In this document: piece by piece, positions 8,982 through 18,269 of the stretch
Position numbering within the stretch: position 1 is the first letter of the stretch
Layout: every line of letters begins with the position of its first letter
Program-made: the position numbers and the translations under genes
Source: Fidelibacterota bacterium UBA2242
GTDB lineage: Bacteria; Fidelibacterota; UBA2242
Assembly (NCBI GenBank): GCA_002347855.1
Contig: DDYE01000002.1
Coordinates: 166,045-230,044, forward strand
Direction: 5' to 3'
Length of the DNA stretch: 64,000 nucleotides
The notes under the pieces: model-generated
Told to the model about the DNA's origin: nothing
What the model saw: only the letters and a program-made list of their open reading frames with translations
The model's database searches: none

Positions 8982-9950
8982 ATGATTCCAAAGAAGCGTA
9001 ACGATGTAGATAATTGCCACAGCAATCTAAGGTTTTTTATGTGCCTTTGCCTTGCAGGTTTACTCCAGGCTGCTCCCCTACAATTTAAATATCCGCTTTT
9101 CCAGCACGAGGCGGGGGTTAGTTTGGTGCTTGACCCTTATCGTTCTTTTACCAATGCCTATCTTGGATTAAAACGTGATACCGACTTTTTGATCTATGAT
9201 GAAAATGAGCTGGCACTGTACAGTAATTTAGTAGCTAATTCAGCCCGAATATCACATTTGTTAATTGAAGGGACGGTTTATCCTATTGCCTGGACTACGG
9301 CTTATCTGCATGATAAACGGAGCGATATTTATAGACGCTTCACTATTTTTAATGATATCAATATACTGTCCAGTTTAGCCGGTGGCATGCGCGAGCCCTG
9401 GTCGGGGAGTCTGTTCTTGGGGCAGATTGCCAGCTTCTGGCACATGGACGAGAAAGAAGAAGTGTCCGTAACGGCGCATGGCATCAACGGCGTTGTTTTG
9501 ACGGCGGGTGCCGTTCAGATTTTCGATGATTATTTGGTTCCGTCACGTTGGTGGCGTCTGGAGTATAAAGTCAAAGGCAATGCCAGTCTAGACCAAAGCC
9601 ACCACAATTGGGAGATAAAGTTCGGTTATCGCTGGTATGGTTTAAATCCGATTGACAATACCTTTTTGCTGGTTTTGAACCGTGAAAAATACACCCCGAA
9701 GGTATTAAGCTGGGAATTAAGCAAAAATAGCCGCACCGAATTTGAGTTGCAAGTGCCACCACGGGCTATCAAGCAGGGCGTGATTCTATTTAAAGTCACT
9801 TACGGTAAAGTTCTGCCATATAAAAAATATCTCATCGGCGGTTTATTGGGGATTAATTACGAACATCGCCGCTTGTATGACGGCAAGCATTTCAGTTCGC
9901 AACCGGTCTCGATATGGAGTCTGGTGTTCCAACCGCTGTTGGTTTGGTGA
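8982..9950 (+). CDS. hypothetical exported / outer-membrane protein
   Basis: Signal-like FFMCLCLAGLLQAAP. An alternative start is the ATG at 9039, preceded by AAGG. Beta-rich aromatic composition with C-terminal ...VFQPLLVW. No family recognised. Confidence 0.5.
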   Translation: MIPKKRNDVDNCHSNLRFFMCLCLAGLLQAAPLQFKYPLFQHEAGVSLVLDPYRSFTNAYLGLKRDTDFLIYDENELALYSNLVANSARISHLLIEGTVYPIAWTTAYLHDKRSDIYRRFTIFNDINILSSLAGGMREPWSGSLFLGQIASFWHMDEKEEVSVTAHGINGVVLTAGAVQIFDDYLVPSRWWRLEYKVKGNASLDQSHHNWEIKFGYRWYGLNPIDNTFLLVLNREKYTPKVLSWELSKNSRTEFELQVPPRAIKQGVILFKVTYGKVLPYKKYLIGGLLGINYEHRRLYDGKHFSSQPVSIWSLVFQPLLVW

Positions 9951-10049
9951 TCTTTTGGCTCAAAATGCCGTTGAACTGCTCACGGGGTCGTTGATTTTGA
10001 GCAATAATTTAAGTAAAATCAAACCGTGTAATTTTAGAATGAGTGCAGA

Positions 10050-11192
10050 GTGCGATTTTCTGATTCTCTCAAAAGCATAATAACCAAAGCTAGCATCAAG
10101 ATATTTGCCGTATTCATGGTATTAATAATGGGAGCGGCGACGGCGGTTTATGTCTTTGAGTATCGCCAGAATCCTCAGGAATATCATTCCATCTGGGATT
10201 CAATCTGGTGGGTTTTTGTGACGGTGTTTACGGTTGGTTATGGGGATATCAAACCCATAACGGTCGGGGGCAGACTGATAGCGATTTTTATCATGTTGGT
10301 TGGCGTGTCGATGGTTTCGACCATTACAGCCACGATATCTTCAATTTTTGTAGCACGCAAAATCAGGGAGGACCAGGGTTTGGAATCTTTTGATTATGAA
10401 AATCATATCATTATTTGCGGTTGGAATAACCGCACGGAATCGCTCATTGATACCATGTTGCTGCTTTCACCGAAGAAGAATCTGCGCATTATCCTGGTAA
10501 ACGAGTTGCCGGACAATCAGATTAAAACCATTCTTGATAAGTACAGCAAAGCAAATGTCAAATTTATTCGAGGGGATTATACCAATAATGCGCCTTTAGA
10601 GCGGGCAAATATTCGTCATGCCCAGACCGTCATCATTTTACCCAATCTGGCGTCACTGTCACCCGCGGTTGCCGATGAAAAAACGGTCTTGGCGACCTTG
10701 AATATCAAATCGTCCTACCCCAAGGTAAAAGTCATTGCCTTTATCATGAATGCCGAAAATGAAAGTCATGTCAAGCGGGCAAAGGCAGATCAGGTTCTGG
10801 TCAGCGACCAATTTGCTGATTACTTCATTGCCAGTGATATTCTGCAACCGGGCTTGTCCAATGTCTTGACGCAAATCCTCAATCCCAGGACCGAAAATTT
10901 GATTGTAATTCAACCTATTCCCTCGCGCTTTGTCGGCAAGACTTTTGGTGAACTCAGTCTTTATTTTAAAACGCAGAACAAGTCTCTGTTATTAGGTGTC
11001 CTGGTAGAAGTAGAATCTATCGGGTTGACCGATTTTCTTTCGGCGGACACTTCGCATCTGGATGCTTTTATTGAGCGAAAATTGCGGGAAGCTGGGAAGG
11101 GACTGGGCGAGGAAAATAAAAGGTATGTCCATTTGAATCCGGATGATGGTTATATCATCCAGGCAAACGAGAAAGCAATAGTGTTACAATGA
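10050..11192 (+). CDS. 2TM potassium channel with C-terminal RCK/TrkA-N domain (MthK-like)
   Basis: Selectivity filter TVGYGD after the pore helix SIWDSIWWVFVT. Two flanking TM helices. RCK start HIIICGWNNRTESLIDTM resembles the MthK VVICGWSESTLE segment and lacks GxGxxG. GTG start. Confidence 0.85.
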   Translation: MRFSDSLKSIITKASIKIFAVFMVLIMGAATAVYVFEYRQNPQEYHSIWDSIWWVFVTVFTVGYGDIKPITVGGRLIAIFIMLVGVSMVSTITATISSIFVARKIREDQGLESFDYENHIIICGWNNRTESLIDTMLLLSPKKNLRIILVNELPDNQIKTILDKYSKANVKFIRGDYTNNAPLERANIRHAQTVIILPNLASLSPAVADEKTVLATLNIKSSYPKVKVIAFIMNAENESHVKRAKADQVLVSDQFADYFIASDILQPGLSNVLTQILNPRTENLIVIQPIPSRFVGKTFGELSLYFKTQNKSLLLGVLVEVESIGLTDFLSADTSHLDAFIERKLREAGKGLGEENKRYVHLNPDDGYIIQANEKAIVLQ

Positions 11193-11719
11193 GTGCAAAA
11201 ATAAGCCAAGCCTTGTGTACTCCCGAAACTCTTTCCCGTTATGAAATCTTTGCGGGACTGAAAGAGGAACAAATAGAGCAATTCTGCAACCGGCTGCAGA
11301 TAATAGAATTTGCGGAAGGCGATATTATTATTCAGGAAGGCGCCATTGGCAACTCAATTCTGATTTTAATTAAGGGTACCGTCGAAATTTCTCAGGCGCT
11401 GACGCTGCGCACCAATGTATCCGGCATCGATACTCGGGAAAAGAGCATTCTCAAGCTTTCCGCCGAAAGCCGCCCCTTTTTCGGTGAGATGAGTTTGTTC
11501 AGTGATGATGACCGACGCACAGCCACCGTGAAAGCCATTGTTGCCTGCACTGTTGCCCGCATCGACAAGGTAGATTTCTTCGAGATTTGTAACAATCATC
11601 CTGAAATTGGCAATCTGGTGATGCAAAATATCGCCCGCGTACTCTGCCGCCGTCTTAAACAAGCCAATCAGAATGTTTTAAAATTGACAACTGCCTTCAG
11701 TCTATTAATTGAAAGTTAA
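11189..11719 (+). CDS. stand-alone cyclic-nucleotide-binding domain protein
   Basis: ATGA overlap with the channel stop. The CNB beta-roll contains FAEGDIIIQEGAIGNSILILIKGTVEI and the phosphate-binding cassette FFGEMSLFSDDDRRTATVKA. Confidence 0.8.
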   Translation: MSAKISQALCTPETLSRYEIFAGLKEEQIEQFCNRLQIIEFAEGDIIIQEGAIGNSILILIKGTVEISQALTLRTNVSGIDTREKSILKLSAESRPFFGEMSLFSDDDRRTATVKAIVACTVARIDKVDFFEICNNHPEIGNLVMQNIARVLCRRLKQANQNVLKLTTAFSLLIES

Positions 11720-11722
11720 GAG

Positions 11723-14392
11723 GTGCGTGTGTCTGATTCTTTAGCTAAAACCTATGATCCCCAACAAGTTGAATCCAAATGGTATCAGTACTGGATGGAG
11801 CGCGGCTATTTTCATGCCCGCAGTGATTCACCTAAAAAACCATACACGGTTGTAATTCCACCGCCTAATGTGACCGGCATCCTGACAATGGGGCATGTCT
11901 TGAACAACACTATTCAGGATATTTTGGTGCGTCACGCCCGCATGCAGGGGCACGAAACGCTCTGGTTGCCTGGTACCGACCATGCCGGGATTGCGACTCA
12001 GAATGTTGTCGAAAAAAATCTCAAAAAAGAAGGTCGCACTCGGTTCGATTATGGGCGAGAGGAATTCACTAAAATCGTCTGGGAGTGGGCAAACAAGCAT
12101 AAAGCTATCATTTTGCAACAACTGAAAAAAATCGGCTGTTCTTTAGATTGGGAGCGCGAACGCTTTACACTTGATGAAGGGCTTTCGTATGCCGTGCGGC
12201 GCACTTTTGTAGATTTATATCATAAAGGTTTGATTTACCGCGGACGTCGCATCATCAACTGGTGTCCGGTATCTCAAACGGCGCTTTCCGACGAAGAAGT
12301 TATTCACAAAGAAACCGCAGGGCATCTCTGGTATTTTCGCTATCCCTTTGCTAACCAGGATGGCTATATCACCGTGGCTACGACTCGTCCCGAGACCATG
12401 TTAGGTGATACCGCCGTGGCGGTGCACCCGGACGACGAACGCTATCAAAAATATATCGGGCAGCAGGTGCGTTTACCGCTTGTCAATCGCCTGATTCCGA
12501 TTGTGGCAGATGAATTTGTTGACCGCTCATTTGGAACGGGAGCGGTTAAAGTCACACCGGCGCACGATCCTAACGATTATGATATCGCCGAACGGCATCA
12601 GTTGCCCAAAATAAACATCATGAATCCCGATGCAACCATCAATTCTAATGCTGGACCACTGGTTGTCGGCAAGGACCGCTTCGAAGCACGCAAAATTGTC
12701 GTGGCAGAAATGGAGCGCTTAGGGTTACTGGAAAGGGTCGAGAAATATATCCATAGCGTTGGCTATAGTGAGCGGGCTGGAGTAATGATCGAGCCGTATT
12801 TATCCGAGCAGTGGTTTGTACGGATGAAGCCGCTGGCAGAGCCCGCACTGCAAGTAGTGCTTGATAAAAAAATTAAGTTTCACCCTGAACGCTGGGTTAA
12901 GGTATATCAGCACTGGATGACCAATGTGCGCGACTGGTGTATTTCGCGCCAACTCTGGTGGGGGCACCGCATTCCGGTATTTTATTGTCGGGAGTGCGAT
13001 TGGCAGGATGCCCTGATGGAAGATCCAGCGCAATGTCCCCGTTGTGGTGGCGCCGTGCGTCAGGATGAAGATGTTTTGGACACCTGGTTTAGTTCATGGC
13101 TCTGGCCCTTTTCGACGATGGGCTGGCCTGAAAAAACTGCTGATTTACGAAAATTCTATCCCACCGATGATTTAGTCACCGCGCCGGACATTATTTTCTT
13201 CTGGGTTGCCCGCATGATAATGGCAAGCTTAGAATTTCAGGGCGAAATTCCCTTCAAAAATGTCTATTTTACCGGCATAATCCGCGATATACAGGGGCGC
13301 AAAATGAGCAAGTCGTTGGGAAATTCTCCCGACCCGCTGGTCCTGGTCGAAAAATACGGTGCCGATGCCCTGCGCTTCGGTATCATGCTAATTGCACCTC
13401 AAGGACAGGATATTTTATTTTCAGAGGAACGCCTCGAGGTCGGGCGCAATTTCATGAATAAAATCTGGAACGCCGCTCGTTTCATTCTCATGAATCTTGG
13501 CAATCCAGAAATTTTGAGTACGACTGGCAACTGGCAGCAAATGTCCCTGACTCTTGCCGACCAGTGGATTTTGCATCGTCTAACAATTGTGATTCAAAAA
13601 GTTGATAGGAATTTAAAACGCTATCGTTTCGATGAAGTAGCTCGCCTTATCTACGATTTTATCTGGAGCGATTTTTGCGACTGGTACATTGAGCTAATCA
13701 AGGAACGGCTCTATCGTCAGGAAGGCAAGCAGCGGGAAATCGCTTTGAGAGTGGCAATCTATGTGTTGAAGAATTTCCTGAAGCTTTTGCATCCCTATGC
13801 ACCATTTATCACGGAGGAAATCTACCAGAAAATCAAAGCGGCAGACGAGCCCGATATTATTATCGCCAGCTGGCCTAAAGCCGATTTCCATCTCACTATC
13901 GAAAATATTCCCGAAAAATTCGAGCGTTTTCAGGAAATTGTCACGGTCTTGCGTACTGCCCGCAGCGAATTCAATGTTCCGCCGGCTACACCAATTGACA
14001 TTGTCATACGCTGCGCGAGTGATTCTATGGTCTATCAACTGTTGCAAATTCCGGAGTTTGTCGCCTATCTGCGCAGTTTAGCCAAATTAAACACTCTCCA
14101 GGTCGGTCCCGAAATAACCAAACCGCCGCATGCCTGCACCGTGGTTGTGCCGGAAGCCGAGATTTTCATTCCGCTAGGTGGTTTGATTGATTTAGAATTG
14201 GAAATAAAGCGTCTGGAAAGGGAAATTGCTCGTTTGAATGGCATATTAAAGGGTGTTAGTGCCAAGCTTACTAATCCCAATTTTCTGGCGAAAGCACCCC
14301 AAACGGTAATAGCCCACGAGCGGGAAAAGGAACAATCACTCAAGGATCAGATTGCAAAACTCAAAGCTAACTGGCAGACTTTACAGGACTGA
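11723..14392 (+). CDS. valS: valine--tRNA ligase
   Basis: Class I signatures PPPNVTGILTMGHV (HIGH-type) and KMSKSLGN. Length, editing domain and C-terminal coiled coil are typical. The GTG at 11723 or the GTG at 11729 (AAGAGGTG just upstream) are both possible starts. Confidence 0.96.
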   Translation: MRVSDSLAKTYDPQQVESKWYQYWMERGYFHARSDSPKKPYTVVIPPPNVTGILTMGHVLNNTIQDILVRHARMQGHETLWLPGTDHAGIATQNVVEKNLKKEGRTRFDYGREEFTKIVWEWANKHKAIILQQLKKIGCSLDWERERFTLDEGLSYAVRRTFVDLYHKGLIYRGRRIINWCPVSQTALSDEEVIHKETAGHLWYFRYPFANQDGYITVATTRPETMLGDTAVAVHPDDERYQKYIGQQVRLPLVNRLIPIVADEFVDRSFGTGAVKVTPAHDPNDYDIAERHQLPKINIMNPDATINSNAGPLVVGKDRFEARKIVVAEMERLGLLERVEKYIHSVGYSERAGVMIEPYLSEQWFVRMKPLAEPALQVVLDKKIKFHPERWVKVYQHWMTNVRDWCISRQLWWGHRIPVFYCRECDWQDALMEDPAQCPRCGGAVRQDEDVLDTWFSSWLWPFSTMGWPEKTADLRKFYPTDDLVTAPDIIFFWVARMIMASLEFQGEIPFKNVYFTGIIRDIQGRKMSKSLGNSPDPLVLVEKYGADALRFGIMLIAPQGQDILFSEERLEVGRNFMNKIWNAARFILMNLGNPEILSTTGNWQQMSLTLADQWILHRLTIVIQKVDRNLKRYRFDEVARLIYDFIWSDFCDWYIELIKERLYRQEGKQREIALRVAIYVLKNFLKLLHPYAPFITEEIYQKIKAADEPDIIIASWPKADFHLTIENIPEKFERFQEIVTVLRTARSEFNVPPATPIDIVIRCASDSMVYQLLQIPEFVAYLRSLAKLNTLQVGPEITKPPHACTVVVPEAEIFIPLGGLIDLELEIKRLEREIARLNGILKGVSAKLTNPNFLAKAPQTVIAHEREKEQSLKDQIAKLKANWQTLQD

Positions 14393-14456
14393 ATCCCTGC
14401 CATGAAAAAATTTCGCCCACAACTTTTAATCACCTCAGGATGAGGAGGATACTATA

Positions 14457-15824
14457 GTGAAAATGCTAAAATTCGCTTTTATAAATTTTTCTGTTTTGAC
14501 TATCGCTCTGGCTCAAATTGGCTCGCCCCTGCCAGCGGTGGATGTTTATAATTCTAATCTCGGCTACGTCCGCGAATGGCGCAATTTTGATTTACAAAAA
14601 GGAATCAACACGCTGCAGATTGACCGCGTCTCGCTGCAAATTGATCCCGCTTCGGTTCACCTCGCATTTGGTCGTTCTGCAAAGGAAATCAAGATTTTGG
14701 AACAGATTCTGCTGCGTCCTCAAGTTGATTATCTCAGCCTGTGGCAGGCTAATATAGGACACGCTCTTACCTGTCAGCTCAAGAATGGTTCGACAATTAG
14801 TGGTGTTCTGCTGAATTACGATGGCAACAATGTCATTTTGCAATTGCAGGATGGCAATATTATTTCAATCGCGGTGGATAATCTCGCTACTACCCAATTT
14901 TCACAGCACCCGCGGACGCAAATTCTGACGCCGACTCTTGTCTGGTGCGTCGATTCAAAAATCAAAGCAACCTTGCCAGCCGAGATTTCTTATCTAATAA
15001 CGGGTATTAATTGGCGGGCTGAATATGTCCTGAATCTAAATAGCGATGAAAGCAACTTTAACCTTGCCAGTTGGGTCGTCTTGAATAATAACAGCGGGCT
15101 GAGTTTCGATAGCGCCAATCTTCGTCTTGTAGCTGGTAAAATTAACCGGCTCAGCGAGGCAGCTCCAGTACCGCTGCGCAGCGAATATGCTTTTGCGGCT
15201 AAAAGCGCCGAGACACCCGATTTTGAAGAGCAAAGTGCTGCCGATTATCATACCTATACTCTTGACCGAGCGGTTACCATTGGTGGGCAAGAAATGAAGC
15301 AAATCGCCTTCTTAGAGGAAGTGCAGTCTCGAGGCATCAAAACTTATTTATTCCGCAATCGTGCTGCCAGTGAGGCAGAAGGAAATTTGCAAACCACTTT
15401 TCGTTTTGCTAACACGAAAGCCAATAATCTCGGCATACCTTTGCCTGCCGGCAAGGTGCGCCTGTTTTTAAAGTCGGAAAACTCGCAGCTGTTTTTAGGT
15501 GAAGACCAAGTTGGGCATGTTTCCGTAAACGACACTGTTGCCCTCAGAATCGGCGAAGCCTTCGATGTCAAAGGGCGGCATATGATCAAGGAGCGCACCA
15601 GTCCCAAACCACGCAGCGAGATGATGACTATCGAAATTGAAATTATCAATAATAAAACCACGCCAATCGATGTCCGCGTCGAGGAATTACTCGATGGGGA
15701 TTGGTTTGTCAAGAATGCTTCTCATAGATATTGGCGCCTGAGCAATCGGCTACTGCTCTTTCCCTTGCATCTCGATGCCAATCAAAAAAGCACAATCACT
15801 TATACCTTTCAGAGAAATTGGTGA
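14457..15824 (+). CDS. DUF4139-like (MuiA-like) exported protein
   Basis: Signal peptide. INWRAEYVLNLNSDESNFNLASWVVLNNNSGLSFDSANLRLVAGKINR matches my recollection of the DUF4139 core. GAGGAGGA lies 8 nt upstream of the GTG. Confidence 0.6.
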   Translation: MKMLKFAFINFSVLTIALAQIGSPLPAVDVYNSNLGYVREWRNFDLQKGINTLQIDRVSLQIDPASVHLAFGRSAKEIKILEQILLRPQVDYLSLWQANIGHALTCQLKNGSTISGVLLNYDGNNVILQLQDGNIISIAVDNLATTQFSQHPRTQILTPTLVWCVDSKIKATLPAEISYLITGINWRAEYVLNLNSDESNFNLASWVVLNNNSGLSFDSANLRLVAGKINRLSEAAPVPLRSEYAFAAKSAETPDFEEQSAADYHTYTLDRAVTIGGQEMKQIAFLEEVQSRGIKTYLFRNRAASEAEGNLQTTFRFANTKANNLGIPLPAGKVRLFLKSENSQLFLGEDQVGHVSVNDTVALRIGEAFDVKGRHMIKERTSPKPRSEMMTIEIEIINNKTTPIDVRVEELLDGDWFVKNASHRYWRLSNRLLLFPLHLDANQKSTITYTFQRNW

Positions 15825-17932
15825 ACAGTCCGCAGCGGTCGTTCTCCCGATTAAATGCTGATACGCCCGTGAACTATGTTAAAGGAGTTGGACCGAAGCG
15901 CGCCGAAGCCCTCCAGCACCTGCAAATTACTACGCTGCGCGATTTGCTTTACCATTTTCCACGGCGCTACCTTGATCGTAGTACGATTACACCCATTGCA
16001 CAGCTGAAAATTGGAATGCAGGCTACCATTGTCGGCACCGTCATTAATCAGCGCACAATGCGCACTCAGCGACGGGAGTATTTCCAGGTAGAAGTAACAG
16101 ATGAAAGCGGTCGTCTCATCTGTTTGTGGTTTAACGGTGTCCAGTATATCAAAAAGGTTTTCAAGATTGGCGATTTAGTCGCTATGAGTGGCAAGGTCGA
16201 ATTCTTCAACGGCTTGCGCTTCATCCATCCCGATTATGACAAATTAGAAAACAGCGAATGGGACACGACTCTGCATACAGCGCGCATCATCGCCCTCTAT
16301 CCTTCGACTGCTGAGTTAAAGAGTGTCGGATTGGATAGCCGCGGCTTTCGGCGCCTTTTTCGGTCTGTTCTCAGCAACAATTTTGACCTGCCCGAAATAC
16401 TGCCACCGACGCTGCTCAATAGATTAAAATTCCCCCCAATCACAGCTGCTTTACATACTATTCACTTGCCGGATACGCTGAACAATCTTGAGACAGCACG
16501 GACGCGCTTTAAATTTGAAGAGCTTTTTTATCTCCAGTTACTTCTTGGGCTCAGACGCGCGGGCATCAAAAATATTCCAAAGACGCTGCGTTATACTTCT
16601 GCCGGTCCGCATTTAAAAAACATTTATGAGCATTTGCCATTTCAATTGACCGAGGCACAGAAACGTGTCATCCACGAAATTTGGGACGATATGAAATCAC
16701 CAGTCGTTATGAATCGTCTTTTGCAGGGTGATGTCGGTTCGGGCAAAACGGTCGTGGCATTACTCTGTGCCAGCATCGCCATCGGCAATGGTTATCAGGC
16801 CGCTTTGATGTCTCCCACCGAAATTCTGGCGGAACAGCATTTCCGCGTTCTTTCTCAATTGGGGGCACCGGCGGGCATCGTTGTCCGCTTACTTATTGGA
16901 GGACAGGCGAAACGCGAACGTGCTCAGATTTTGGAAGAAATCAAGTCTGGAACTGCCGAGCTAATCGTCGGGACTCACGCCCTTATTCAGGAAGATGTCG
17001 CCTTTCAAAAGCTGGCGCTGGTAATTATTGATGAACAACACCGCTTTGGAGTGGTCCAGCGTAGCCAGTTGATTGCCAAAGGACTCAATCCGGATGTACT
17101 GGTCATGACGGCAACTCCGATTCCGCGTACCCTGAGCATGACCATTTATGGCGATATGGACATATCTACCCTCGATGGACTACCGGCGCGTAAAGGGAAA
17201 GTCCACACACGCATTGTCAATGTAGACCAGTTGGGCAAGGTCTATCAGTATATCCGCGAACAAGTGCAGAAAGGGCGTCAGGTTTATATCGTCTACCCTC
17301 TCATTGAAGAGAGTGCTAAAATGGATTTGCAAGCCGCTATCAAGGGTTATGAATATTTAAAAAAGCAGGTGTTTCCCGATTTGAGCATTGACCTGCTGCA
17401 CGGCGCGATGAGTCCCGCCGAAAAAGACACCGTGATGCAACGATTCCAGCAAGGAACCGTCTCGATTTTAGTGAGTACAACGGTCGTTGAGGTCGGCGTT
17501 GATAATCCCAATGCAACGGTCATGCTAATTGAAAATGCAGAACGATTCGGGCTGACGCAGTTGCACCAGTTGCGTGGGCGCATCGGGCGCGGCACTCAGG
17601 ATGGTGTCTGTATTTTAGTCGAACGCAAGCGTAGTGAATTAGCGCGGCAACGATTGAATACGATTTTTGCGACGACTGATGGTTTTGAAATCTCTGAGGT
17701 AGACCTTAAATTACGTGGACCTGGAGAGTTCTATGGTGTACGACAACATGGCTTCCCAAAAATGAAAATCGCGGACCTGCTGGAAGATAGTGACTTATTG
17801 AAATTAGCACGCAATGAAGCTCAGCAATTATTACATGATGACCCTCATCTGCGCCGCCCGGAACATCAAATTATCCGCGAGCAACTTCTCCTCCAATATC
17901 GTCAATATCTTGACTTTATTAATATCCTTTAG
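15821..17932 (+). CDS. recG: ATP-dependent DNA helicase RecG
   Basis: Motifs VKGVGPKRAEAL...LLYHFPRRYLD (wedge N-terminus), GDVGSGKT and DEQHRFG, plus helicase C motifs. I start it at the GTG at 15821 (GTGA overlap with the upstream stop) rather than the ATG at 15731, which overlaps the previous gene by 94 nt. Confidence 0.92.
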   Translation: MNSPQRSFSRLNADTPVNYVKGVGPKRAEALQHLQITTLRDLLYHFPRRYLDRSTITPIAQLKIGMQATIVGTVINQRTMRTQRREYFQVEVTDESGRLICLWFNGVQYIKKVFKIGDLVAMSGKVEFFNGLRFIHPDYDKLENSEWDTTLHTARIIALYPSTAELKSVGLDSRGFRRLFRSVLSNNFDLPEILPPTLLNRLKFPPITAALHTIHLPDTLNNLETARTRFKFEELFYLQLLLGLRRAGIKNIPKTLRYTSAGPHLKNIYEHLPFQLTEAQKRVIHEIWDDMKSPVVMNRLLQGDVGSGKTVVALLCASIAIGNGYQAALMSPTEILAEQHFRVLSQLGAPAGIVVRLLIGGQAKRERAQILEEIKSGTAELIVGTHALIQEDVAFQKLALVIIDEQHRFGVVQRSQLIAKGLNPDVLVMTATPIPRTLSMTIYGDMDISTLDGLPARKGKVHTRIVNVDQLGKVYQYIREQVQKGRQVYIVYPLIEESAKMDLQAAIKGYEYLKKQVFPDLSIDLLHGAMSPAEKDTVMQRFQQGTVSILVSTTVVEVGVDNPNATVMLIENAERFGLTQLHQLRGRIGRGTQDGVCILVERKRSELARQRLNTIFATTDGFEISEVDLKLRGPGEFYGVRQHGFPKMKIADLLEDSDLLKLARNEAQQLLHDDPHLRRPEHQIIREQLLLQYRQYLDFINIL

Positions 17933-17939
17933 GTAAATA

Positions 17940-18251
17940 ATGAATGACGAAAAATTTTCCCGCGAACAGATTCTTTTTCTCAGTCTGGTGCAATCACTTA
18001 TCAATAGTACCTGGATTAGCCTCGGCAAGTTACAAAATCCCGTCACCAAGCAAACCAGCGTTAATCTGCCGGAAGCCGAGATGTCGATTGACCTTTTGGA
18101 AATGCTCAAAGCCAAGACGCGCGGTAATCTCAGTTACGAAGAACAGAATGTTCTTGAGAAAGCCTTAGCCGATTTGAAAATGAACTATCTATCAGAAAAA
18201 ATGAAAAGCCCCGCTCCAGAGAAAAAACCCGAGAATTCACCCAATAACTAA
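17940..18251 (+). CDS. DUF1844-like protein
   Basis: FLSLVQSLINSTWISLGKLQNPVTKQ...NLPEAEMSIDLLEMLKAKTRGNLSYEEQNVL matches the DUF1844 pattern as I recall it. Confidence 0.6.
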   Translation: MNDEKFSREQILFLSLVQSLINSTWISLGKLQNPVTKQTSVNLPEAEMSIDLLEMLKAKTRGNLSYEEQNVLEKALADLKMNYLSEKMKSPAPEKKPENSPNN

Positions 18252-18269
18252 AAAAATAAGAGAAGAGCA

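Noticed and set aside
9958-10002. 9-bp inverted repeat GCTCAAAAT ... ATTTTGAGC downstream of the 322-aa ORF, considered as a terminator
   Set aside because: The loop is about 27 nt, the stem is AT-rich and no U-tract follows, so this is not a convincing intrinsic terminator.
15731-15820. N-terminal 30 codons of the recG ORF as given in the track (ATG 15731)
   Set aside because: This extension overlaps the preceding DUF4139-like gene by 94 nt and encodes a low-complexity, non-RecG-like peptide. The in-frame GTG at 15821 overlaps the upstream stop (GTGA) and leaves a normal ~19-residue lead before the conserved KGVGPK motif.
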